A stretch of DNA of 64,000 nucleotides from a virus. This document shows, piece after piece, positions 1 through 9,800 of the stretch (position 1 is the stretch's first letter; each line of letters opens with the position of its first letter). The translations under genes were made by a program, and so were the position numbers. The notes beneath the pieces were generated by a model. It saw only the letters and a program-made list of their open reading frames with translations, searched no databases and was not told the DNA's origin. The stretch lies in IMG/VR virus record IMGVR_UViG_3300039412_000320. One strand, written 5' to 3'.

Positions 1-483
1 GAGGTAAGGAAGGCAGCCAAAAACCAAGGAGAAAAATTCTATTCTTTCCCTCGTCCTTGTTCGGAGGGACACACGTCAAAACGGTTTGTAAGAAATACAG
101 AATGTTACCAATGTCACATTGAACAGTCTCATGCACGACGGGCTATCCGAGCAAGAACACAACGAGAATACAAAATGTATCATTCAGCTAAAGGACGAGC
201 AAGAGAGGGAGGACTAGAGTTTGGAATCACCATGGAAGATATTAAGAAAGCGTGGCCAAAAGACAATAAGTGCCCAATTTTAGGAATTGAATTAGAGTCC
301 AATAAAACTGGAATGGGGCCTCAACGTCAATCCCCATCACTTGATAGGATTGACCCTAAAGGAGGATATGTGGTTGGCAACATCGCTGTTATATCCTACA
401 AAGCTAATTGCATAAAACAAAATGAAACTAATCCCGAAATTTTTGAATCAATGGCTAGGTGGTTACGTTTTAATAAAAAGTAG
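1..483 (+). CDS. HNH-family homing endonuclease, 5'-partial (frame is open to the window start)
   Basis: In-frame with no stop from nt 1. Zn-finger CSEGH..CYQCH, then SPSLDRIDPKGGYVVGNIAVISYKAN motif shared with ORFs 12924-13310 and 63122-63874. Confidence 0.55.
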   Translation, partial: EVRKAAKNQGEKFYSFPRPCSEGHTSKRFVRNTECYQCHIEQSHARRAIRARTQREYKMYHSAKGRAREGGLEFGITMEDIKKAWPKDNKCPILGIELESNKTGMGPQRQSPSLDRIDPKGGYVVGNIAVISYKANCIKQNETNPEIFESMARWLRFNKK

Positions 484-494
484 AGGAGGAAAGT

Positions 495-2063
495 TTGTCA
501 TTTGATATACAAGCTGATAAAAATCAAATAGGCTCTGTGTATCTTCTTCACTTCTTAGGAGGTGGGATTTTTCATGGGTCTCAAGCAAGGGTTCGCCATT
601 ATTGCGGATTTGCTTTAGACCCCGAGGCCCGCATTGCTTTACATATGAATGGGACTTCACGGGCCAGACTTATGGAGGTTGCCCATCAGCGACATGTAGA
701 ATTTACCGTGGCTCGTATTTGGAGTGGAGTGACTCGTGAGTTCGAGCGCAAACTCAAGAACAGTGGTGGTCTGTCCCGCCACTGCCCAATTTGTAAGGCG
801 GAGGGTACCGACCGGGATTCTGTGCGTAAGAAACAGCAGGCTCCTGCGGTGCAGGAAGTACGGGTAGTGGAGGAGAACGAAGTAAAGCATATCGAGCTTA
901 TCCCAAGACCCAAGACCGCTGCGCTCACAAGAGACAACGCCCGTTGGAATGGCAAGCCGTTTTCCTTGGGAGCGGTGTCCTTGCTGGATGGGCACATTGA
1001 AGAAGCCCACAACTATCAGGAGTGCAAGGCGGGTGGATGGCACCACAGCCACATATTCAGCCAGCCGATTCTGGAGAGGGAACAGAGTGAATACGACTGG
1101 ACCAAAACCGACCCTCGTGCCCCCGAAGGTCCGCAAGGTGGTGGACCCGCCATCGGCTGGGGCGATACCCCATGGGGAGACTCCCATGGAAAGACCAGTG
1201 GAGATATCACCATATTCTGGGTAGAAGATGATGGGTCAATCGGTTGCAACTACCCACTTCCCGAAAATATCAAAGCGGCCATTAAGAAGCAGATTCAGGT
1301 CATCAGGTGGAGAAGGGCCGCTGAGGAGGATACACTTGCCAAGCTCGTATGGCAGTTCCGAGAGGAACAAGAGGATTGGTATGAGTGGTTAGAGGACAAA
1401 TCCTGTTTCCGTGAACAGTGCCTCTGTTTGGCGGACCTGTTAGCGAAGTTTCTGCGGGAACATGGTTTCCCTGATGCCCATCGGGCGGGTGGGTATTATG
1501 GAGAAGGACCGGAGAAGGGTGAGTATTTACAAGTAGGAAGGCATGGACTACATTGGTGGGTAGAGACGCAGGATAAAATCATCGACATCACCTGCGACCA
1601 ATTCCACCCCGGAGAAGAAGATGATTGGCGAGTGGTAATCACCGACCTTAACGACCCGGAGTATCAACGAAAGGGCACCGGCTCGGCGTTGGTCCCCAAG
1701 ACCGCTGAGGAGATTCCCGAGATTCTCTATCACGTGACTTTTAAGAGCCGGGTTCCTAAGATACTTCAAGAGGGACTGGTTCCCCAAAAGGAGCCGAACT
1801 TCCCCTTTGAGGAGAACCGGGGTTTAGTATTTCTGACGGCGATTGAGGGAGTGGATTATTGGAAAAACCTTCTCGCCGAGTTTATACGGGGCAAGGATGA
1901 TGAGTTGGTTACTCTTCGCATCAAGACTGAGGGGATGCGTTTGGCAAAGGACCCCTTGGGAATGGGAGAAACTGGTGTTCTTTCATATTCAACCCACCTT
2001 GTTCCCCCCAAGAATATCACAGTGCTACCAGAGCCAAGAAAGATTGCCTCCGTAGAACAATAG
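495..2063 (+). CDS. Multidomain protein: N-terminal GIY-YIG-like nuclease domain, CPICKAE zinc ribbon, C-terminal KptA/Tpt1-like LYH(V)T domain
   Basis: GSVYLL..HYCGFALDPEARIALHMNG..FERKLKN resembles GIY-YIG motifs. ILYHVTFKS..LVFLTAIEG..LVTLRIKT aligns to KptA FLYHGTAS..YVHLSADEA..VILTVKA. SD aggagg upstream. Confidence 0.5.
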   Translation: MSFDIQADKNQIGSVYLLHFLGGGIFHGSQARVRHYCGFALDPEARIALHMNGTSRARLMEVAHQRHVEFTVARIWSGVTREFERKLKNSGGLSRHCPICKAEGTDRDSVRKKQQAPAVQEVRVVEENEVKHIELIPRPKTAALTRDNARWNGKPFSLGAVSLLDGHIEEAHNYQECKAGGWHHSHIFSQPILEREQSEYDWTKTDPRAPEGPQGGGPAIGWGDTPWGDSHGKTSGDITIFWVEDDGSIGCNYPLPENIKAAIKKQIQVIRWRRAAEEDTLAKLVWQFREEQEDWYEWLEDKSCFREQCLCLADLLAKFLREHGFPDAHRAGGYYGEGPEKGEYLQVGRHGLHWWVETQDKIIDITCDQFHPGEEDDWRVVITDLNDPEYQRKGTGSALVPKTAEEIPEILYHVTFKSRVPKILQEGLVPQKEPNFPFEENRGLVFLTAIEGVDYWKNLLAEFIRGKDDELVTLRIKTEGMRLAKDPLGMGETGVLSYSTHLVPPKNITVLPEPRKIASVEQ

Positions 2064-2075
2064 GAAGACAAGAAT

Positions 2076-3116
2076 GTGGTAGCCCATATAGGAAGCTACC
2101 GTATCGTTGTAGATGACCCCGGAGACGCTAAATATATTACGGCATGGACGGAGGACAACAAATGTGTTGGCAAACTATCTACCAAACGACAGAGCGACAG
2201 TGGACCCCTGAACGACTATCTCGGGATTGCACTGGTGGAAGTGAAACCACGGCATCGGGGATACGGACTGGGCAAGGCGATGTACTTTGCCCTGATGCAG
2301 TTCATGAATCCGAAATGGAAGGGAATCAAGAGCTACCTCCCGGAGAGATACAATAAGAAGCGGGTTCCCAACATCTGGCGTAGACTGCAAGGCTACAAAC
2401 TTCCCGGAGAAGAAGACTGGATGGTTGCCGACCGGGATAAGGTTGCCAAGATAGCGTCAGGTCAGGACTCCCCGGACTGGGAAGAGGATGAGGATTCTCT
2501 CCTCACCAAGAAAGCTTGGCAGGATGAGCGCTTCTCCTATTGGGGATTGCAGTTCGCCGTTGACAAAGCGGAGGGGATCATTGCCGCCAATCCCCGGCCT
2601 ACGCAGAAGGCTCCCAAGGCATTTCTCAAAGCCTTTGTTGGCACCGTGGAAGATGACAAGGCTGAGGAAGAGGGTAGAATCAACCTCATGAATGTGGGCC
2701 TGAATAAGGAACACATGCAGACCGTTGATGCTGAGAAGCCCGGTATTGTTGCTCCCCTCATTTTCAAGCCGGACAAGACTCACTCCGAACCGCAGAAACA
2801 CTACATCCTCATTGACGGAAACCACCGGGCTAAGAAGCGCCTCCAAATGGGTCTGGACTTCATGGAAGTCTACCCCCTCACCCCCGAGGAAGCGTGGCAG
2901 TGCATGGCTCCGTACACCTTCCCCAACCTGTTGAAAATCTATGTTAACCCGACCAAAAAGGTGAGGAAGAAGGCGGAAGAGCAGCCCGCCAGACTCCTCT
3001 ATGTTGACGACATGCGCCGACCCACCGCTCCTGATGTTGATTGGGTCAGGAATTATGAAGAGTTCTTCCAGTACATGACGACGCATCCCATGCCCGAGGC
3101 TATTAGTTTTGGATAA
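2076..3116 (+). CDS. GNAT acetyltransferase - ParB/Srx-like nuclease domain fusion
   Basis: GNAT motif A VKPRHRGYGLGKAMYFAL. C-terminal ILIDGNHRAKKRLQMG resembles the ParB/sulfiredoxin DGxHR motif. Confidence 0.5.
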   Translation: MVAHIGSYRIVVDDPGDAKYITAWTEDNKCVGKLSTKRQSDSGPLNDYLGIALVEVKPRHRGYGLGKAMYFALMQFMNPKWKGIKSYLPERYNKKRVPNIWRRLQGYKLPGEEDWMVADRDKVAKIASGQDSPDWEEDEDSLLTKKAWQDERFSYWGLQFAVDKAEGIIAANPRPTQKAPKAFLKAFVGTVEDDKAEEEGRINLMNVGLNKEHMQTVDAEKPGIVAPLIFKPDKTHSEPQKHYILIDGNHRAKKRLQMGLDFMEVYPLTPEEAWQCMAPYTFPNLLKIYVNPTKKVRKKAEEQPARLLYVDDMRRPTAPDVDWVRNYEEFFQYMTTHPMPEAISFG

Positions 3117-3157
3117 TGGGGGTGATATCTTTTGACTTCGTATCTATTATATAGAGG

Positions 3158-3946
3158 ATGCGAATGACTATTAGAGGCAATTGCACCGTTTGTGGGGGGA
3201 ACTTCAAGCGTCGTTATGCTAAGAACTCCGTTCCTATTGTGAAGCTCTGTTCTAATAAGTGCAGAAGGGAGTGGCTACAAAAGGACAAGGTCAAAAAGGA
3301 GTGCATCGTTTGTAATAAGGTATTTTCCGTAAGCGCCTCAGTAGCTTATAGATATGTCACCTGTAGTATTGAATGCAAGCGTAAACATAAGGAGGGGGAT
3401 AAAAATGGAAACTGGCGAGGCGGTATAGCGGGAAATAGAAAGAAAGAGATTCGTTCCGGTAAGCTTCGTCGTTGGCGGAAAGCGGTCTTTGAAAGAGATG
3501 GACCCCACTGTGTCTTATGCGGGTCTAGTGATGGGTTAGAGGCTGACCGCATAAAGCCATGGTCTCTCTATCCAGAGTTTAGATATGAAGTAAGTAATGG
3601 ACGGATATTGTGCAAGATTTGTCATAACAAGCACACCAGAGAGTTAGCCGCCGAACGAAAGAGACTTGAGGCATTGGGGTATGTACGGATAACTTGTCCA
3701 CGAGAGTACGAGATTTTGGTTTGTCCCAGATGTGGGGTATCTTTCCTTAACAAGAGTGGTCAGAGTATCTATTGCGGAAAAAGGTGTCAAAGAGCGGAAG
3801 GACAGAAACGGTTAAGGGTAGCTAAAGCTGCCCGTGGGGAATGTAAGTGTTGTAGCAATCCAGTTGCCCCTAATTACAGTCGTTGTATTAGATGTCTCGA
3901 AAAGCAAAGAGTGGAGATGGCTGAATACAGAAAGCCTGATGTATGA
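3158..3946 (+). CDS. HNH endonuclease with multiple CxxC zinc fingers
   Basis: Many CxxC pairs. GPHCVLCGS..LEADRIKP..N..LCKICHNKH HNH core. Ends with ATGA overlap onto the next ORF. Confidence 0.55.
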   Translation: MRMTIRGNCTVCGGNFKRRYAKNSVPIVKLCSNKCRREWLQKDKVKKECIVCNKVFSVSASVAYRYVTCSIECKRKHKEGDKNGNWRGGIAGNRKKEIRSGKLRRWRKAVFERDGPHCVLCGSSDGLEADRIKPWSLYPEFRYEVSNGRILCKICHNKHTRELAAERKRLEALGYVRITCPREYEILVCPRCGVSFLNKSGQSIYCGKRCQRAEGQKRLRVAKAARGECKCCSNPVAPNYSRCIRCLEKQRVEMAEYRKPDV

Positions 3947-4656
3947 GAGATTTAACACAACCAGAGGCAGGCGGTCTTGGACTAACCGCTGCTCGTTATG
4001 TTATTGATAACAATCTTTCCATAAAGCGGTGGTTTGTTCATTCACCCAATATAATGGAGAAAAAAGAGTTAGAAAGCCTCTTATTTAACTACTCTCCTGA
4101 TGGCTACGACTCATCTTTGTACAAGACTCCCCACGTTAATGAAGAAGAGCAAGTCTACGGTGGGAAGATAAAGGGAGGCTTCCGGGTGAAGGCTGCCCGG
4201 CGCAGAGTAAATCCCCTTCTGCAACCGTCCGGTCCGTGGCCTGAACGCTCCGCCGATTGGTCTAGGCTTTCTCAAAATGGAGGTTGGATATCTCGGGACG
4301 GGCGACCTCTCCCCATGACTCACCCCTACGAACTCCACGGAGAGTGGGCGATGGCGGAAGACCTGTGCGGCATGGATGATTCAGAGGTGGAGGAGCAGGG
4401 GGGAGAGGATTACCTCGGATATGCCGAGAACCTTGCCATGGAGAATGGGCACCTCCGGGTTGACCGGGATGCTGGTCAGTTTTCCATACAGGCACGAAAT
4501 GTCACAAAGAGCCGCCGACTCATCACCGAGGCTCTGTTGATGACGCCATTCAAGGGAGAAGTGACCTTGGAGATGGGTCCACACGACCGCCCAAACTGGT
4601 CTAAAAGCCTCATTTCCACGCAGGATGCCGCAGATTGGCTAGAAAATATTCAATGA
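3943..4656 (+). CDS. hypothetical protein
   Basis: 237-aa ORF, start overlaps upstream stop (ATGA). No recognisable motif. Confidence 0.4.
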   Translation: MRDLTQPEAGGLGLTAARYVIDNNLSIKRWFVHSPNIMEKKELESLLFNYSPDGYDSSLYKTPHVNEEEQVYGGKIKGGFRVKAARRRVNPLLQPSGPWPERSADWSRLSQNGGWISRDGRPLPMTHPYELHGEWAMAEDLCGMDDSEVEEQGGEDYLGYAENLAMENGHLRVDRDAGQFSIQARNVTKSRRLITEALLMTPFKGEVTLEMGPHDRPNWSKSLISTQDAADWLENIQ

Positions 4657-4664
4657 CAGAATAA

Positions 4665-4701
4665 ATGAACTTTCTGAAGCACTTATAGGGGGAAAGTTCA
4701 T
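4665..4701 (+). promoter_or_regulatory. RBS/start-codon sequestering hairpin upstream of GIY-YIG gene
   Basis: Perfect 10-bp inverted repeat atgaactttc / gaaagttcat. The 3' arm contains the ATG at 4700 and follows the SD aggggga. Confidence 0.5.
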
Positions 4702-5407
4702 GTTTATCTATTTGATTGTAAATCATGAAACAGGAAAGTATTATGTCGGTCAACATACAGGTCATAATCTAAAGAAGTACCTTCAACAAAAATTTTCAGA
4801 TGCCAGACACGGACGAGGGGGAAATTCTCGTCTTTATAATTCCATGCGTAAACACCCCTTTCCTCATCTTTGGTCCATCCACGCCCTCCGTTCCGATATC
4901 CAAGCTAAAGCCGAGCTTGATGAGACCGAGCGGGACTTCATCAAGTTCCTTCGTGCTCAAGACCCTGAGTATGGCTACAATCTTTGTCGTGGAGGGGAGG
5001 GGTTTACCGGACTGCATTCTTCTCAAACTTGTGCTAAAATGAGTGAAGGGGTTAAACGAGCTTGGGCTAACCCCGAAAAAAGAGCCAAGCAATCGGCAAA
5101 TCTCAAAGCTGACTGGGCTAAACCTGAGTCTTTTTCTAATCGGGTTCAAGCGATTAGGGATTCATGGGCGGACCCTTATTCTCGTTCTAATCGTATGAAG
5201 GCTTTTGAAAATCTTGATTTTCACAGTAAAATGAGCACGGTTAATAAGAAAACATGGTCTGACCCAGAGAGAAGGAAAAAACAAGCAGCACTTCAAAGAG
5301 AGCGATGGACAAACCCCGAATACCGTGCCAAAATGAGTAATCTAGCTAAAAATCAAAGCCGAGGTACGGGACAGAAGTTTGTTGAAGCACTACCACTAGA
5401 CTCTTAA
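4700..5407 (+). CDS. GIY-YIG homing endonuclease with NUMOD3-like repeats
   Basis: MFIYLIVNHETGKYYVGQHTG (GIY..YVG), conserved R/E/N downstream. Repeated W(A/S/T)NPE..R.K motifs (NUMOD3-like). Paralogue of 38479-39327. Confidence 0.75.
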   Translation: MFIYLIVNHETGKYYVGQHTGHNLKKYLQQKFSDARHGRGGNSRLYNSMRKHPFPHLWSIHALRSDIQAKAELDETERDFIKFLRAQDPEYGYNLCRGGEGFTGLHSSQTCAKMSEGVKRAWANPEKRAKQSANLKADWAKPESFSNRVQAIRDSWADPYSRSNRMKAFENLDFHSKMSTVNKKTWSDPERRKKQAALQRERWTNPEYRAKMSNLAKNQSRGTGQKFVEALPLDS

Positions 5408-5423
5408 ACTCTTTAATAGGCAC

Positions 5424-6848
5424 ATGGAAGAGCTTATCTACAAGACGGCGGGAGTTTGGGATAACCTTGACCGGGGATTCCTTGAGAAGATACACAACCA
5501 TGCCCCCGGAGTGGTTGTGGGTCATCTCAGTACTTTACTTAGGAATCAACGACTTAGGGAAATATATGAGAAAGTACTTGAAACCCCCATCAAGACCTTC
5601 AATAAACCGGAAGAGGTGGAGTTGGAGGGTGGTTCCCCCTTAAAGTGGCAAGGTGGATACGGGGTTTCCCACGGTGGTTCGATGATATTTATCAACCCCG
5701 CCATCAGCACCACCAACATTGTCAAAACTCTGTTTGAGGAAGGCGCTCACGCTATTTGGGCAGCGGAGGGGCGACCATCTAAACCGTTTGACCCCGCTCA
5801 TCCCCCCACCGAGAAAGAATATCTCTCTGACCCCGAAGAGCTTTTTGCCAAGCGTATGGCAGACCGTGCTTTCGCTATAGCTACGGGAGGGATAAAGACT
5901 GCCGCTTGGGCAGAGGCAACCGACTTCTCTTCCGACCCCCAGTGGCACGACGTGTTCTACGGAAATCCCTCGCCAGAGCGCATAAAGGCCCTTGCCAGCT
6001 TCCTTCGCTCCGACCCCAACCGCTTCATTACCCTTTATCACGGTACCGCCTCTGATTTGCCAGTGATGGAGGAGGGGTTGCTTCCGACCAGTCCCAGCAG
6101 GGCTAAATCGTATCAATCCAGTCCCGGTTACGTGTATCTCTCCGTATATCCGGGGAACGCCAAGAACTTTGGAGAACTGGCTTACCCCGGAGAGGATATC
6201 ACTGTCTACGCTGTCAATGTCACCGCCCGGCGATTACTGCCGGATACTGACCAGCTTGCCAATCAGCGGTCAGTGGGTAAGGAAGTGGGGAACAGCCTCG
6301 CTGAAAGCTTGGCAATCGGACATGGGGCACGAGTAAAGGGAGCAGTAGGTCCGATGCAGCTTTACAAGGCTGCCGCTAAAAAGTTGCGACTCCCCCCCGA
6401 CATCATAGACGGTACACGAAGCTTTCTGTGGGCTATCGTGAATGACCGGGTGATTTTTTCCTTGGAGATTGAACCCCACGTTATCTGGTTTAAACGAGTT
6501 GGACTTTCCGATTCCGGCCCGGCGTTCGACCGTATCCCCCGAGGGAGAATCTGGGTTCAATCGGCCCGTGATGAGGTCGTAATTTTTACCGAGGCAGGAA
6601 GTGGTGGTATCACGGGGCAGGCGGATTTCACCTTCGCCCCGGAGCATGTTGTAAAGGCTATGTTGCAGACCTTCCCTCAGCTTCGAGACTTTAACATCGT
6701 TGACGATATCCCTTCAAATCTTGTGGTAACCTCCTCTGTACATAAAAGAGGGGGAAGTCTCGCATCTAAGACAGCCCACATTTTATTGGCCGGAATAGGA
6801 GAAGATGACCGTGCGTACCTGAAATGGGATAGCAAACAAGCTAAGTAG
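5424..6848 (+). CDS. Multidomain protein: KptA/Tpt1-like LYHGTAS domain plus the ~90-aa GPxFDRIPRG module (paralogue of parts of the 2025-aa protein)
   Basis: ITLYHGTASDLPVMEEGL..YVYLSVYPGNAKNFG..DITVYAVNV matches E. coli KptA FLYHGTASRFLDEIKKQGL..YVHLSADEATARKVG..VILTVKA. N-terminal LSTLLRNQ vs KptA LSFVLRHK. SGPAFDRIPRG..FAPEHVV..FPQLRDFNIVDD module. Confidence 0.55.
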   Translation: MEELIYKTAGVWDNLDRGFLEKIHNHAPGVVVGHLSTLLRNQRLREIYEKVLETPIKTFNKPEEVELEGGSPLKWQGGYGVSHGGSMIFINPAISTTNIVKTLFEEGAHAIWAAEGRPSKPFDPAHPPTEKEYLSDPEELFAKRMADRAFAIATGGIKTAAWAEATDFSSDPQWHDVFYGNPSPERIKALASFLRSDPNRFITLYHGTASDLPVMEEGLLPTSPSRAKSYQSSPGYVYLSVYPGNAKNFGELAYPGEDITVYAVNVTARRLLPDTDQLANQRSVGKEVGNSLAESLAIGHGARVKGAVGPMQLYKAAAKKLRLPPDIIDGTRSFLWAIVNDRVIFSLEIEPHVIWFKRVGLSDSGPAFDRIPRGRIWVQSARDEVVIFTEAGSGGITGQADFTFAPEHVVKAMLQTFPQLRDFNIVDDIPSNLVVTSSVHKRGGSLASKTAHILLAGIGEDDRAYLKWDSKQAK

Positions 6849-6856
6849 AGAGGGGG

Positions 6857-9800
6857 GTGACCCCGACGAGGATACGTCCGACCCCGAAAAGGTTACAGAC
6901 TATGCCTGATAATCTAACCATATACCCAGTTACTCCCGAGTGGGTTTCAAAGGCGAAGGTGTTCTTAGCCGAGAAGTGGAAAGAGCGTGCCCAAGAGTTA
7001 GGTAAATCCAACCCTACGGATATGTCGGGTGCCTGCAAATTTATCTCTCTGTTCGGAAAGACGATTTTCGGGCTTGACATTCAAGGAAACTGGGGGCATC
7101 AGTACAACATCACTCCAGATGGTAAGCCTCTCGACCTTGCTGAGGGGTTTTCGGGAGAGGTTAGTTATCTTCACGATAGTGAATTTTTCAATAACCCCAA
7201 GCATAGGGAATCAATGGCGTCTTGTATGCCGAGGGTGAGGAGATGGGCTGAGGAGTTTATCCAGAGGTATCCCTTATTGGATAAAACGGCGTCCACACAG
7301 ACAAGGTGGTCTCATCCCCTGTTGAATGGGCTTAAGGCGGAAACACGCAAGGCTCCTACCTTCGAGGACTTCAAGCATGACTTCTCCATAGACATTAAGC
7401 ATGGACTGTATTTCCATGTCACCGACAACCCCAACTTCACTATCGACCCGGCGAAGGGTCCTCGGGATATGTCCAGCATGGGAGGCGGGACACCTGTGCC
7501 GGGAAAGTTGATGGTTACTTCTCACTTGGAGAATTGGACGGATTACTACGAAAGCGACCGGGCGTATGTCGCCGTCATTGACATGTCGGAAGTGCCGAGG
7601 GAATCCTACCATCAGGTAAGCCGGGGATTCGGCAATGAGTTTTGGGTGGAGAACCCGCAGGCGGTTAAGGTAGCGGCGGTCATGCCAGTTAAAGAGGCTA
7701 TCAAGCTGGACCGCACATATCAGAACGTTCTGGACCTTCACTCTGATGAAGACCTGTTGGAGTTCTATAACCAGTTCCACGCCCCAGCAGAACCCGAGTG
7801 GAAGCCGCCCAAGGAGCAGGGTAAACTTCCCTTCCGGGGTAAGGGCATTCCCGTAGTCGCTTATGAGCCTTGCGATTTTGAGTTACTGTGGGCAACTTGG
7901 CATAACAAAGTGCTGTTGACCGATGACATGGGTCTCTGGCATGTTAAATGGTTTCAAGAACTCAATCAGCATTCTCAACGGCATGACCCCATTCCTTCAT
8001 GGGGACCGGAGTTTGATAAAGTTCCTCGGGGAAGGGCGGAAGTCAATAAGAAGAAGAAGCGAGTCCGGCTGTACACCGATGCCGCACCCAAGGGGTCAAG
8101 AGCAGGTGAATCCATTACAGGAGAGGTTGACTTTGACTTTACCCCCGAGGAAGTAGTAGCCAAGATAAAGCAGAAGTATCCCTCACTCCGGGACTTTGAG
8201 TTTGTAGATGAGGTTGCTCCTCGGATAATGGGCAAATGGGCAGCCGATGAGTTTGAATACCCTCAGATTGCCTACCATGTCAGCCGTCGCCGTAGCCGGA
8301 ACTCCATTCTAAAAAATGGATTGCAGATGTACCACAAGCAGCAGTATGAGGATGTGGAGCACGAGCCAGCGGTGTATTTGTTCGGTAGCCTCACTGATGC
8401 CGAGAACTGGGTAGGTGAGCAGCAGCCCTACACAGGACAAGCTTGTGACATCTGGGAAGTGAAAGTCCCACAAGGGGAAGGAACGTTTTGGCCGGACTTC
8501 GAGGTTCGGCACGAATACCCCACGGCGTGGAAGTATCTCTGGGATATTCCTCCACAAAATATCAAGCTCATCAAGACTATATCGCTCCCCAAGCAGGCGG
8601 CTCTACCCACTGGAAAAGCCATAGATGACCTCGGGATATCCGGTCAGCAGGGATGGTCATATGACGAGCCGTTCCCGGACCGGCATAATGATTTCTACGA
8701 GGACGACCAAGTTCAGAATCCCCACAATGAGCACCCCCTGACCGCCTCTCTATCCCCGGCCTACACCGAGGAAGTAAAGAAACTGGAATACGAGCACGAG
8801 CTTATCTCCTTGGCGGAGGAGATGGGGAACTTCGAGCGGGTGGTGTGGGAGCGCCAGCCGGTCCTCAAGACTCACATGTTGGACACCGTGGGCTTGGCAG
8901 GCTCCGCAAACGACTACCCACATCTACGGGCCGTCCATGTGGGTGACCCCGACTATTGGTTCAGTCGGCTGACAGAAGATTACAGCCGTGACTCCAAGGC
9001 GTGGGTGGTGGAGATATATCCCACCGAAGATGACTATCTGTGTGATGATGTGCAGTATGCCATGGACCCTAGCGGTGGAGACAAAGCATATAGCGCCATT
9101 CTCATCACTCCTCGCACTCAGTTGGTGGAGGGTAAGGATTTCCGGTACGTGAAGGAATTGACGGAGGAAGACCTCCCCGAAGTCTATGATGAAGATGACG
9201 GGTTTGGTTTCAAGGACGCTGCTATTAAAAAGACAGTCATCATGTGGGTTCGTCATGAGGGAAAGCTTTACACCACCGTACAGGTTGGGGGCAAGAGCCA
9301 TGCCCAGTGGTTGGAAGAACTGAGCCTACCGTTCTCCGGTCCTTCCTACGACCGAATAGAACGAGGGGTAGCGATTGTAGACCGAGGGCACAGAGTCGTT
9401 CACCTCGTCAAGAACGCCGGGGGATACACGCCCAATGACGTAGTGGAATACATCAAGAATCGGTACAATCTGAAGGAGTTTATATTCGTTGATACGGAAA
9501 GCTCCGACACGGGTATTGTAGCCTTCAAAAAAGTTGCCAGTGACGATGCTTACTACGATGCGGCAGAGGCGTTCTTTGACCGGGAGAGCGTGGTAGCCGT
9601 AGAAGTAATCACCGAATACATGCAGCACGTCCGCCAGAAGAGGTATCGTCAGCAGTGGAATGTCGTGCCCGCCGCCCGGCTCATCAAAATTTGGGAAGAC
9701 TACATGAAGACGGGGTTTGTCCGGGACTCAGCGGGTCTTAATCAGATAGCGGAAACCGTCATTGACAACTGCTTTAAGATTTACGTCAATTCCATCCTCT

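Noticed and set aside
657-1249. Several 77-176-aa ORFs on the minus and plus strands inside ORF 495-2063
   Set aside because: Overlapping shadow frames with no motifs. The main frame carries the recognisable domains.
4657-4672. T4-type late promoter (TATAAATA) upstream of the GIY-YIG genes
   Set aside because: The conserved motif is ATAAATGAACT, which lacks the 5' T and the 3' A of the T4 late consensus. It is treated as a cassette-linked motif, not a late promoter.
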